Below, in pieces: positions 12,091-25,961 of a stretch of 64,000 nucleotides of DNA. The notes under the pieces are model-generated. The model did not search any database and was not told where the DNA came from. It saw nothing but the letters and a program-made list of their open reading frames with translations. Position numbers and translations under genes: made by a program. Origin of the DNA: Dimorphilus gyrociliatus (lineage: Eukaryota > Animalia > Annelida); the NCBI GenBank assembly GCA_904063045.1, contig CAJFCJ010000014.1:868001-932000 (forward strand), read 5' to 3'. Each line of letters begins with the position of its first letter. Positions within the stretch are counted from its first letter, which is position 1.

Positions 12091-15000
12091 TTAACGTTCT
12101 AAAGAAGTCCAATCCACTGATAAGAAAAAAGGATGTTGTTTGATTTCCTCTTCGTCTAATCGTTCTCTCGGATCGAAACAAATCAACTGTGAGTAGTGAC
12201 ATCTATTATGAATGTTCAAAATATGATAGAAGAGAAAGAAAAGCTTACTTGTTTGACTAGAGATTTGGCTTGTAAAGACGCGTCATCGGGGAAAGTCAAA
12301 TCACTGTGAGAGGTAAAACCAGCTGGGTGGCAGAAAGCTAAGCTCTGATTAAAGAAAGAAGAAAAAAATAAATAGACTATGCAAAAAAAATACTAATATA
12401 TATATATATATATATATATTATTTTCTATTAAAGAGAGTCGTATTAAGACCTACATTTCCTGTTATTAGTTCGAATAGCAAGACGCCAAGACTCCACCAG
12501 TCACAGGAAGCATTCGGTTCGTATATCCTTCCTACTTCTGAAGGAAAATGGGAAAGTGTTAAGAATAGAACGGAAAAAGGCTGGATAAATACCTGGGGCA
12601 GTATAAAGATTTTGACGAGCGTAATTATTTATTGGTTGATCGACGCAATTCCATTGTCCAAAGTAGGTTAATAATATATGACCTCTATTACCTAATAGTA
12701 TATTACTAGGTCTCAAATCTCTGTTGAGTTTGTTTAGAAAGGGAAAATAAATTCAACGTATTAAAACAATGTTATAATAAAAGAACTTATTAATTATTTT
12801 TTTTTACTTGCAAATAACCCCATAAGAGTGTAGAGTTGAAAGAGCGACAACTAGCTCTGCTGCCCATTGTCGTATACAGCCCTCAGGCAATTTTTTGCGA
12901 CTTTCGAACCCTTTTTCGTCCGCTAAATCAAGTTCTGCGAAGACAGCTGATAGGTGTCGTGTTCTTTTCGATTTCGAACAGTCGTTGCCACTATTTCGTC
13001 TGATTGTTGAGGTTTGATTGTCCTTCTTATCTGAATGAGTATCAAATACTTCATCAAATTTATCCTCTGCTTTATATAAATCGTAGATGCTATCTTCACA
13101 TGGTGAATCTTCATCTTCTCGTTGATAATTATCATTACAATTATCGATATCAGTTTTATCATTTTTTAAATATGTATCTACAGAATTTATCAATTCTTTT
13201 GACGATTCGATAACTTCTTGAGTAGAGTTTGGTGGAGAGCGACCTTCTACTTTACTTTCAGGAACGTATGTGGAATCTTCGTCGATTAATGAAGAATGCA
13301 TAAGACTATAAAACTTATCAACTGAACTTATAGAATCGTGAAATCCAAAATTGAAAGGAACTTGCGATGCATCAGGGGTAGACACAGAATTTTCATTTGG
13401 ACCATAATTTCTGTTTTGGAAGATATCAGAAACGTATTTCCAAAGGCGACCTCCAGAGGCATGTTGCAACAGTAAAAATATTGCACTATCAGTCTCGTAA
13501 AATTTGTACAACTGAACCATAAATGGGCAATGAGTAGGCGCAATTGTTTTCATATTAGATGAGCAGGCCGACTTTCTAAGCACTTTAATAATATATGTAG
13601 TATTATTATCTATAACTAGCATAACAGATCTGTATAGTACTCTTAATACACGAAATTTGTGCAATTCATCAATATCACCCTTTAGGAATGAAACACTCCT
13701 ATCCATCTGACAAGAGGTATTATCATCAAATTGCTGGAGGAGTAAAAAAGAAGATAGAAGAGAAAAATTATAAAATTATTATAAAATACTAAAATATAAT
13801 ATTAATTAATTAATTACTATATCAGGTTTTTGCTTTTCTGAATCTTTTGTAATGGACTCGGATACATATCGTGTGTGAATTTCTTCTGCCCGTTTTAAAT
13901 ATCTAGCAGTTTTTCTTCTAACAACTTGTACTCGGGTATCGTCGTCATCCTCTAAAAATTTTATAAAACGATGATAATAGATAATTGTAAAATGGGGAAA
14001 GTAGAGAATTTTATCACTAAAAGGTCTATATAATATTACTTATATAGAATTTTTCTTTACCTTGAACCCCTCGAAGTAAAATCTCAACACCGCTTTTATA
14101 GAAATGAAAAGCGTTTACAAAATTACCATTCGATTCACTTTCTTGAGCAAACGTTATTTGCTTAGCGGCTTCGTAGATATATTCTCCTCTATCTCTTACG
14201 TCTAACGATATTAGGGAAGATATCTTTGTCAAAGTTGAACTTCTTGATGGTGACGATGAGGCGCTTCTTGATGAATTGCCCATTTGATCAAAAAAGGGCG
14301 GAGAAAGTTGAGGATATGATGGAACTTTCGTAATTTTAGTAACTGTTAAACTATTTTCGTTTTCTTGCGAATCCCCATTCGTGCAGGCATCCGATAAACT
14401 ACCACTAGCTTCGAAAGTTATTTGCTCATCTGTATCATTTCCCTTGGATAGAGGATCGAAAAAAGCCATGTCGATATCGGCTTGCGGAGTTGATATCGTT
14501 GACTCGTCGGTAAAATCGGTTTGGTCATCATCCGAAGAGCCAATATCAAATTTATTATCAATTGGAAAGGAATCTGTACTTGCACCAACAAGGGAGGATG
14601 TATCCGATAAATTACAATCCGTCATACTCGTAGTATCTTTGATTTGCGGGTGAAGAACGTCAAACGAATTTAATTTCCTACTTCCCTATTAAGTTTATGT
14701 AAATATAAACAAACAAAATTATTTATTAGAATAGACTTTCTAATTTAACATATACCATTAAGAATCGTTGGAATGCGGAGTTATTGACTAAGTATGATCT
14801 GCAACTTATAAAATTCAACAAATCTTGAGCAGATTGTTGCCTCTCTTCGATTACTTCTTTTTCGTAACGGCCTATGTTTGTCCGGAAAAGTTGAATAAAA
14901 GTGAATTACATTATAAACTATTGATAACATTTTTTATAAAGAACTAATGTTCTTTTTTTTAAAACAGAGAAACAGAGGGAGAAAATATTCTTTTTTTTTT

Positions 15001-15477
15001 TTACCAAAGACTTTGCCTCTAGCAAAAGGGGGAAATTGTTCCTTTTGATGTAAAGCTCGGTGGCGAGTAAGCATGGCTTTGTATAACTTCTTAAAATCAT
15101 TGTAACGTTTCCAGTTTACTGTCTATAAAACGTTGTGTTCAAAAATCAATTAGTACCGTATGATATTACTATAAAAGATCATAAATCACACCTGTTCAAC
15201 AGCAGAATCTACGTTAGTTGTTCCGATGATCTGTTTAAAGACATTTATTGAGTTGATGAATGCTTAGCGAGTGTGAGAATTTGCTACATATCAAAAATAT
15301 ATATATACACATATCATCATGATCAAATAATAAACAGAGATATTAAGTGATTAAACTATAAAATATTACCTTACAAATTACTTTATATACAGTGTGACCT
15401 TTAGGATGTCTTTGGGGATCTGTTACTTCAAAACATCTAATGACACCCCTATCATCATTTTTTCTCAAAGAGGACAT
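12091..15477 (-). CDS. RPS6KC1: Ribosomal protein S6 kinase delta-1 (PX - MIT - split pseudokinase)
   Basis: Exon 1 (15370-15477) MSSLRKNDDRGVIRCFEVTDPQRHPKGHTVYKVICK; PX motif WKRYNDFKKL; MIT region (YIYEAAKQI...AFHFYKSGVEILLRGVQG); split kinase lobes (IIKVLRKS...[53 protein letters not shown]); last exon ends IKQHPFFLSVDWTSLER, stop at 12091-12093. Confidence 0.93.
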
Positions 15478-15733
15478 TCTGCATGGCACTAATTGTAAAC
15501 ATAAAAATTTGGCCAACAAAAGACCTTGTCCTTCACGCTCGAAGCGGAAACGGAAATACCTATCAACCAGTCTTCGTTATTGTAGTTTTCCCAGAGAAAT
15601 TAAAGTTTTATTGAATATTTTAGTTACAACACACTTATTATATGTCGAGGATCTAACAAAAAAGGCGTAAACTATTCACGCCTGCTTACGAATATTGTTC
15701 TAGGAACTGTTATTATCGCCCATCAAAACAAAA
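15478..15733. promoter_or_regulatory. Putative bidirectional promoter RPS6KC1/RALGAPB
   Basis: Only 256 bp between divergent ATGs. Contains tandem ETS-like GGAAACGGAA (15546-15555) and ATTATCGCCCATCA (15712-15725). Confidence 0.7.
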
Positions 15734-18545
15734 ATGTATCACGGTTGGTCATCCGTAAATCGTTCACTTCAAAATAAGGATGCCAGAGAGAAGAGCGTGT
15801 TAAACCATTTTAAAGGCGATACAGGATTAAAGATGGTATGCGATTTAGTATCAGAATCTGGTAATTCGGACCTCGATGGACTCAGTGATGAACAACATTT
15901 TAATTGGATCGCCCAAGTTCTTCTCTACGGTGTAAAGATGCCGCTGAAGAATGGAATAGAAAAAGAGACAGTTCATAAATGCGTGGAAGTATATATGGAT
16001 TGGTTAAGAAGGATAAGTTTAGGTTTGTTTTTTTTATAGATTTATCCTATTAATAGATTTTTCGATAGTTATTTATTACATTGTAAAAATAGGCGTGAAA
16101 TCAAAAGATTATTACAAGTATTTTGAAAGTTTTTAACTTTAAACTTTTTTCTTGTATAAAAACCTTCTTAAAATATAAATAAATAAGAAAGAAAAGAAGT
16201 TTATACATTGTGAGAACTTAACGAATTTTCGAATGTTTACCTTTTACAGATCGTGCTTACGAATCAGCCACAAATTTAAAACATTTTTTAGCCGAGGATC
16301 CGAATATTTATTGTCAAATGATACTCAAACATCTTTTTCACGTTTTTGTCTCTCATCCTCAAGAAAATCCAACGGATAGGCAAGAAATTTGTCGTTACGT
16401 TGTTGAAAACGTTGAAAAGTTGTTAGGAAAATGGAATAATCTGATTTTAAATAGAGCTACTCACGAAAGTATTTTACAATTCTTTTTATCGGCTGCGAAC
16501 GTTCTTTTAGCACCACCGGCTATACCAGGAGGTAATAAATTATTTGGGAGTTTTTATATATCTTTGATTAATATTTATTCATCATTCTCTTGTAGAAATT
16601 ACCCTGGGTACTCTTTTAAGAGAAACTATTACCGGAGCGTTATTCAGAAGCTGGGCAATAATTTGTAGCCGACATTTTCCAACGCCTCCTTATTGGAAGA
16701 CATTCAGGGAATTATGCGCCACTTGGCGGCACCACGAAGTGTTAATAAGAGAATGGGATAAGATTAATGTTGCCTTATTAACTAAGTTACTACCTGTTAT
16801 GTTTGGTAACGATTTCCCCCTATTAAACGGTTTGTTTCCCGATCTTTTATTCTTAGAACAAGAAAGAGAAAATCACAAACAAACAAAAATAAAAACAAGC
16901 AGACATAAACATATTCTTATCTCTCTTATCTATGGGAATGCTTAATTTAGTCAATTTAACAGACTTTATCAATGATGCTTTTGTTACTGCTATTAATAGT
17001 TTTTAATCTATATTTCTTCTTTAATAGTTGATCAGGAAAAGAATGAATATTTAAAATGGCACCTGTTGGACACAATGAGCGATGAATGTATAAAACAATG
17101 CTTCTTTCGTTTTCTCCATATCTTATCAAATCCTGTTGATTTGAGTAGACCGGAAATTATTGGGTACCTATATATTTACAATAGCGCTAAGGATCATTTA
17201 TAATTTATCTTATATATTAAATATTTTAGGAAAACTCCAGAAATGAACGCCTATTTTAATAACGTTTTTGCCGAATCTGCCTTTCAACACGTGGATTCGT
17301 CGAAGGAAAAGAACTGTTTAGACGAATTACCTAATATTTATCATCTGGCAATAAGTTCTATAGCCAGACTACTAGACGCCTTTCTGGGCATTTCGGCAAT
17401 AAATAAAGATTCGGATAATGAATCTAATGTATCTATTGGAATTCCTACTGCTAAAACTCCACCGTTATCGAAGAAGAAATCACCGGGAATTGTTCAATTG
17501 GATAAAGATAAAAGTTCAAAATGTATGTAAACAAAACAGCAGGAATGGTTTTCAATTGTTAAAAACATCACTAAATATTTCTTTTTTTTCTCTTTATTAC
17601 TACAAATTTAGCAAAACTAAAAGGTTCAACAACCAATAAATCGTCTCCAATTACCCAAAGTTCTACTTCTACTTTTTTAAATATTAGTCTGGAAAATAAA
17701 ACTTCATTAACACCTAAACGAGCAACGGTAACTATTAATAAACTATTAGTACTTTTAAGAAAAAATTCAATGCTAACATACAACATATTTGCAACGGATA
17801 TATTTTAATAATTAACTATTTTAATTTAACAGGTAAACAGTATCATGAATCTACTAGGGGCGTGGCTAATTGAAGCGGCTACAACTGGTGTTAAAATATA
17901 CGGAGCTGGTAATGGTATGTAAAGATTTTCTATATTCGTTTAATATAGAAATATTTTCTTTATATAAACAGTTTTTAGATATAAAACTCTTTACTTTTGT
18001 TTCTTTAAAAAAAAAATATTAATAATAATTAAAAAAACAAAACAATTTTAAATAAGAAATATCATTTGATTTTTTATTTGATTTTTTTTTTACGCTTTAA
18101 AGCAAACGATATGCAAGGTAGATTCCACTTTTTTTCTGTTATGTTCTTATAGCAAAAACAAACAAATATATATATATATATTTATATATATATATAAACA
18201 TACAATATATATATATAAAAAAGATATATACAGTATATATATATATATATATATGTATATATTGTAAGTAAACACTTTTACTACAAAAACTACACATGAA
18301 AAAGACACACGCACATTTATACAGACAGCACAAGTTTTTACTTTCCTTTTCTTTTTTCATTGATTTTACATCTCTTATCCCTCCCCTATCACCCACCTCA
18401 CCCACCTAACAACAACTTCATCTCCCTCCCTCTATTTTTTTTTTCGTTTGATTTATATTTTTATACCTAAAAAGAGAGCGTTTTTACTTTAATGATAAAA
18501 AAGAGACAAGACAAGAAAAGAAAAAGATAAAAGACTAAATATCTT

Positions 18546-18611
<66 letters not shown>

Positions 18612-19585
18612 TATATATACTGTATTAGTATATACATATTTTTTTTTAGAATTTGTTTTTCTCACATCACTAAACACTTATTAATTTGTACTAAGAAAGA
18701 GATAGCTTACAGATAGTTGAGTAGTTTAGTCTTATAGAGGATAAAGAGAAAAAGAAAGGAGAAATAAAGAAATATAAGTTCAGCTTGTGGTGTTCATTGT
18801 CACTATTACAAATACACATATACAGTATATATATATGTGTATATATATCTGTGCGTGTGGTATATCTGCAACATAATAGCTGCCTAGATTATATATAGAA
18901 CAATACAATATCCATAAAAGAGAAACAAAAAAAGAAATTTCTACGGTACTTATGGATATTTTACTATATATATATAGATATTTATCTGCTTTGTTTTGTT
19001 TTTAAAAAGAAATTAAATAACTTTTATATATACTGTATATACTGAGTATGTTTATATATTGCTGAAAAATGTTCTTAAAGTTATTTAATAGAATTGTATC
19101 AAGAAATTATAAAGTATTAAACAAAAAAAACAAATCTTAATGGGAATGACGATAGATTTAAATTAATATTAATTAGTAATATGAGAATTTATTTTTTGAA
19201 AATTGAAACTTTTGTCATTTATAAATGAAAATCTTTTTTTTACTTCTAATTGGCAATTTGAACATTTTGATGATAGTGTAGTATTTTAGTGTATAAATAT
19301 ATATAAATATACAGTATATATACAATATATATATAATGAAAATTGATTAAGCACGGCTTTCGTGAGAGCATCAATTGCAATTTATAAATGTTACAGGTTT
19401 TGAATTAGTAATAATAAAAAGAGTGTATATGCTTAGATTTTAATGCTCAGTTTATATTGTTTTCCAATAAATTATTAGAAGGGAATAGATAGAAAGTATA
19501 TGTAATAATCTAGTAAACGAGGGCGAGATAGAAAAAGAGATAAGAAGACGTTATCTTTAGTTGTCATTCTTTTTCAACCAACCTA

Positions 19586-19633
<48 letters not shown>

Positions 19634-21713
19634 GGTTTGATGTGTTTTTTATTTTGGCTTTAAATTTTGTTCTTTATTTTACTGAAAGGGTTTGGGTTTT
19701 TGAATATTTTATTTTAACAAAATAAATACTAAAAGGTGACCGGCTAATCGCATGCTCGCTTTGTTTGTTTTTTGCCAACCCCTGCTGCAGTTACTGCTAC
19801 TCGCCATCCGTCGCTTCCGCATCGGCTACGACATGCTTCTGTATCTTCGTGTGATACTGCAGATGGAGAATCCGAGGCGGAAACAACCATTTCTGGATAC
19901 GAAGCCGGTCGAGCCGAAGCTTGTGGAGCCCTCTGCCGTTTATTTTGCTCCGCTAGAACGGGAGAGGTAAAAATAATCAAGGACACTAACAATTAAACTT
20001 TAAAATAATTTTAATTTTATTTTATAGAAAATCTTAGAAGAGTATTTGGCTAGGTTCTATATATCGTTATACTATGGTTTATATGTAGAAGATAAGCATA
20101 AACCAATCGAACCTGGCCAGAGTCAGGTTATTGCGTCAATAATATTTAATTCGCCGAATCTCTTTCAAGTCGATTTACAAGGAGTATCTGTCCTCTTGCC
20201 TCATATTCTATCTTCAATGGAGTTAATTTTATCTAATCAAAGACCAGTTATAAGGTATTGAATTTGTTTTAACAAATGATTTAACTATGATTAATCCTTC
20301 TCTTCCTTTTCCCCCTTCGACTAAAATAATAATACAAATAAAGTGGTTACGAACACATGCCTTTGAATGCTTTAAGGAAAGCTTCAATCAATCTATTAAT
20401 ATCAATTCTGTGTTATCCGCTACATTTTAGAGATTTACAAATTAAAGGTACGAATATTATATATTACTTATGTATATGTTAATCATGGTTGCATTATTTT
20501 TTATACAGATATATTCGATAGAAAATCAGACAAAACTGTCACTTTTCTTTCGCTGAAGAAACGTATGATTGTCCTTTTATTAAAGGCAATTGATAAAGAA
20601 ACATATTCATCTAATAATCATTTATTATTAGGTAATTGCATTAAAAAAAACTATATCTGTAAGCATAATAACCAAAAAAAAAACAAAAAACAGCTGCCCT
20701 AGTTCTATTCGTTCAAGACTTGGCTTTAGCCGAAGAGACTGATGGTATAGAAGCCTTAAAATGTAAAGCTGAGAGTACTTCTTCTCTTTGGGAAGAAAGC
20801 GATAGTTTTCAACAGTCTGCAGGTATTTATTAATATTTTTTACTTTTTTCTATTATTATTCAGTAGTTGAACTAATTAAAAAAGAGTCAGAGAAGACTTA
20901 ACACACTTTTGAAATATGATGACTACTTTTTTTTATTTATAAGAAGGATAAAGTGATAACAAAAAGGAATGCTATAGTTTCTTCCTCATTATTCAGATAA
21001 TCTTTATAATATATTGGCTACATACCGAATTAGAAATATGCCTAAAATACAATATTAACATAATTTTAGCATCTATTTATTATCTAAATAGGATTAAAAA
21101 AAGATTTTTGTTAATTCATAGACTAGTTTTTAAAGTGTATGTTATGTATATATTAGTATATTGAATGTTTATTATAATATCGTTTATTAATTGTTTATTA
21201 TTTTATTTTATTTTTATTTCTCGTCAATTTTTTAGTGAGGGCTAAAAGTTTTACGATAACCGAAACATCGAGAATACATCGTATTTTCGATGTAGAAAAA
21301 GGTAGAGAAATATTAAATATTAGCTATTTTTGTTTTTTTTTTATATATATAATCAAAGCTAAACAACAGAAAAAAGGAAATTAATTTAATCATTGATAAA
21401 ATTATTGTGTTTATGATCTTTATAATTTTTAATAGTTTCACTAGAAAGTCAGCTCTTTCTTCAAATTTATATATATACTATATAAATTTATATATATCTA
21501 TATCTATATATATTTATATATATATAGATATAGAATGTATATATTTGATTTATGATTATCTTTCTTTATTATTTTCTCTCCTCAGTTACATAAGTAGCAA
21601 TTGTTGAGTCAGGTATTACTGATCTATAAGGCTACTTATATGATAGGTTCAGTTTTTATATTATATAATCGTTATTACTTTACATATTACATATGTTAGT
21701 ATATATATACATG

Positions 21714-21748
<35 letters not shown>

Positions 21749-24700
21749 TTGTGCATGTCCGTGAATATTTATTAGAAATAACTCCATTTATCCTTTGTTT
21801 TTTTTCCCCTTGCCGATATACAAAATCATATATAGATGATAAAAGTGGGGATGATTCGGAATCGTATAAACCTGTCAGAAAATTCTCAAAATTTCTGCCA
21901 GACGGATTCTTTTCACGTAAACAAAAAAAAAGAATATTATTTAATAGTTTTTTTTAAAAAAAAAACTAAAAAGTACGAAAATTAGAGAAAAAAAAACATA
22001 TCTGTAATATCTTTAAAGGGAAAGGGATCTATTTTGAATATTGTAATTTTCTTGTATGAATAAGAATAATTAATTCACAATACTATTTTCCCAATATCTC
22101 TCTGTCACTCTTATCACGATCAAGCCTTATTTATTCCGCAACTCCTCATCCCCTTTCCATTCTTTTTTAAACATTTTAATCATTTACATAGATTTCCGTT
22201 TTTATTCAATTTTTTTTCAATACCTTCTCTTTTTGTATAAAAAGAAAGGATTTTTAATTATCACAATTTGTTCATTCGATCACATCCATATTCTTTATTA
22301 ATTAATTAGTTGAAAAGAAGTGAAAGAGAATAATCAGCAGATATTATTTTCTATTATTATGATGATCATTTTCTTCTTTTGTAAAAGAAAAAAAGAAACA
22401 AATTGAATGAATAACTTTTCCGCTTTAGTTTTTATTATATCAAAAATTGCTCTTTAAAGAATATTCTATTAGTTGTTTATGATGATTATTCGCTATATCT
22501 GCTATTTGAGTGAAGACGACTATAGAGAAAGCGAGGAGATTGTATAACACTAGTATACAACATACAAAAATATGGATGTTCTCTATAAAAGTTGTTCAAG
22601 TGTACTGTATCATACACAAAAGCACACGCTCTATCTCTACTGCTTTCTGAAAACAAATTAAAACAAACGTCAATCATCTTGCTTATTATATTTTCTTTGC
22701 ATTAAAAAATAGCTAACTCTATAATGATATATCTAATTTAAACTTTGAAAATATGCAAATATATAAATATCCAAATACGGTTTATAGAGTTGCTAAATTC
22801 TAAAGTTTTCTTTTGTTTTATTTATATTTTATTCTAGAAACTAATTAGTTCAACTAACATTTAACAATGACAGGAAGAAGCAGTTCGGCTGGTACTCCTG
22901 TTGACCTTGCTTATAACAAGCGGGAATCTTTCGATGGTGATTATCGATATATTAATATTGGTTCTATATATATATATAAACTAATCAACTAATTTACAAA
23001 ATTCGTAACTAAACACATCCAAAACAATGTTGCTGCCTTTCCACAACTAGATTCACGACTCCATCAAAGTCGCAATTTTTGGGATCATAGTCCTAATTTC
23101 CTCCCATCGGGATATATTTTTACAGGCTTGGAAAATGGTATTACATATTCGTCACTACCCTCTTATTATTTTAATAATTATCTATCATTCTGATCTTTAA
23201 CTGTAAATTTAATCTTATTTTTTCTTTCTGTGTCTAATTTGATCATATCAAATCAATCATTTTATGAATTTCTCATAATTGATTTTATTTTTTATCTATT
23301 GTTCACCTATTCCTCCTATCTTAGTTTATTAACCTTTCTTTAAGTTTCACTCTATTATTGTAATAGTTAAACAGCTTTATAAAGTATATCTATTTTGCCA
23401 ATGATTATTATATATATTCTGTATATTTTATTGGTTAAATAGGCTATTTAATAGAAATATTAAATAGCATTTACATATATTAAAATATACTTGGTAATTA
23501 TACTTTTTTTCTCTTTTCTCCCATCTCTTCGCCTCAGATTCAGCCCAAGGAGTTTTCACAGAAATCTGCACTTTGGTATCAAATCGCTTAATACAGTCTT
23601 GGAATACTGATCTTGAAGTATCAATGGCAGCCATAGAAGTTCTGTCCTCACTTTCGTCTGTAAGATTAACTCATGCAGACGAACAATTGAAAGCCATTTG
23701 TAAAAAAACAACATTGCAAATTTGCGATTATATTCAAAAACAATGTACAAGACCTACAAAAGATCATCAAAAGAGTTTACATTCTGTTATTGTTGCGGCT
23801 TTTCATTGTCTATCTGATTGGGCAACCGAACATTCGTATCTTTTAGCCGACAAAGAATGCTTACACGCCGTTATGGAAACCGTTGAGTTGGGGGTTGCTG
23901 GAAAGAAAAGTGATCAGGGAGATAAGCTAGTCTTTAAAGGTTTACTAGAAAAAAAATTATCTATATCTTTCAACGTAAAATAATTTTAATTGTTTAGATG
24001 GGAAAGATCTCTTCCCCGTTTCGATGAGAGTAAAGGATGCTGCAGAGGCTCTTCTTGCATCTATTATGACTCACGTTGGCCATTATCCTCAGCCGACTGC
24101 GCCAGAGAGCGTCAGCAGCCTACTAGACGAAGCTAGTATGCTAAGGTTATGCAATAAAGAAAATTCTACACCTTTAAGAGAATTCAAATATTTTGTGTTG
24201 GACGGATGTGTACTAATGTCGTTATTGGAACAGCCTTTGGGTAATGATGAAGAACCCCTTCCAACACTATCAGCGATATTTCGCGGAACTTATGGTCGTT
24301 TTGCGTGGACTTTGCAACTGAGACACGTTCCTAAAAATAAAGAGGTAAGAACTATAAGAACTACTAACGTAATGACAAAGTAAGTCTAATTGTCTGTATT
24401 TAAATTATATTTTTAGAATTTCCCATATTCTCCCTCTGGCCAACAAGTGGATAGACCACAACCTGTTGAATCTAAAGAGGTCGAGGAGAAAATTGCCGAT
24501 AAATATTTCCCTGACAGCGTTAACAACGTACCATTAGTTGAAGCGTTAGTATCTTCTTAATAGTATTGCTCTTCTTATTTAATTTAATTAATCGTTAATA
24601 TGTAGAGATAAGAGTGTACCACCTTTGGAAAGTACTTTGCAAGAAGTTTCCATCCAATTACATGAGGTTGAGAGGCATATCAAAGAACAGGAAATACTTG

Positions 24701-25458
24701 AGAAGAAAATTGGCAAAACCGAGGAGAAGCTTAGAAAAGAAAGACCTTTTCCAGATTCTGAAATAGCTTTTTCTCCTCCAGAAATCAGAGAAGAGTTTCA
24801 GACTGTCAGATTATTTTTATCTCATTTTGGTTTCTTAACTCTTTCTCCTGATAAAAATAAATCTACCGCAACTCCATCATTGGTAAAATTAAACTCTAAT
24901 CAACCAGGATTCGCAGAAGCCTTAGAATCTTTAGATAAGCTACCAACAAGGTCAACTGACACTCTACATGTTTTTTATCTGAAAAGCGGACAGAGGAGAG
25001 CTTCAGATATCCTTGGAAATGTTGGTTCATCTACAGAAACCGATGGTGTATTTTTGGAGCTGCTCCACAGTCTTGGTTGGCCGGTCAGTGTGAAATCTCA
25101 CGCTGGTTGGACAGGACATTTGTCTACCTCATTCCGAGTAGAACCAGAGAAGGAATCAAATATAGCGGACAACATAGCAAAAGTAAACTAAAACTTTATG
25201 CAATATTTTTAAAAAAAAAAAACACTCTTTCAGAAAACTGGAGCATCTGAATACGACGGAAGGAATAAAGTTCTATATTGGGCAAATTCAAGCAGCGAAT
25301 TAGCAATAGTTGTACCTTCTAAGAGAACTTTTCAACCGTGCCCATTTAGACATAGCGCAGTTGAATACTTTAATTCTCGTAAGTAGCTTATAATTACAAT
25401 ATTTAATTAAAATTCATAAAAAATGCATTTATTTATATATAATAAATATTAATTTTCG

Positions 25459-25498
<40 letters not shown>

Positions 25499-25911
25499 TG
25501 TAAATGTATATACAGTATATACTGTATATACATTTACATATCTATACTACTAAAATAAATTTAAATGTATAAAACGGTGACTATAACAAAAAAAGAAAAG
25601 AAGGGATTGTGTAAGCAGAAATCGAGAAGTGAAGAATATCTGGCTAATTTATTGGAGACAATCGGTTTGTGGAGAAGAACCCGCTTACTCGAGCTTTATT
25701 TTTAACATGCTTCATTTATTTAGTCAATATTAGACAAGATAGTTTGATTAATCATCCTTTTATTACTTATATATTATTTGTTTTTACTTAAAAAGTAAAT
25801 CAAATTTTAAGAGGAAAAAGCTTAGAAAAATGTGAAAAGTGATTGAAATTATGTACAAGTTTAATAAAAGAAGGGTATCCTTTGTGTACATATATAAATA
25901 GATACATAACT

Positions 25912-25961
<50 letters not shown>

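Noticed and set aside
18139-18677. ORF-track entries rich in YIYI/CVCV (also 21407-21607, 63534-63824 and similar)
   Set aside because: Artefacts of TA/CA microsatellites, or intron run-ins to real exons.
19341-19376. Small intronic hairpin (AATTGAT...CACG GCTTT CGTG...ATCAATT)
   Set aside because: Too short and AT-rich to distinguish from chance; no snoRNA boxes or miRNA geometry.
25875-25883. GTATCCTTT, a perfect U12-type 5' splice site consensus
   Set aside because: The upstream sequence has an in-frame TAA and no acceptor, and the flanking RALGAPB exons already join in phase through a U2-type GTAAGT donor.
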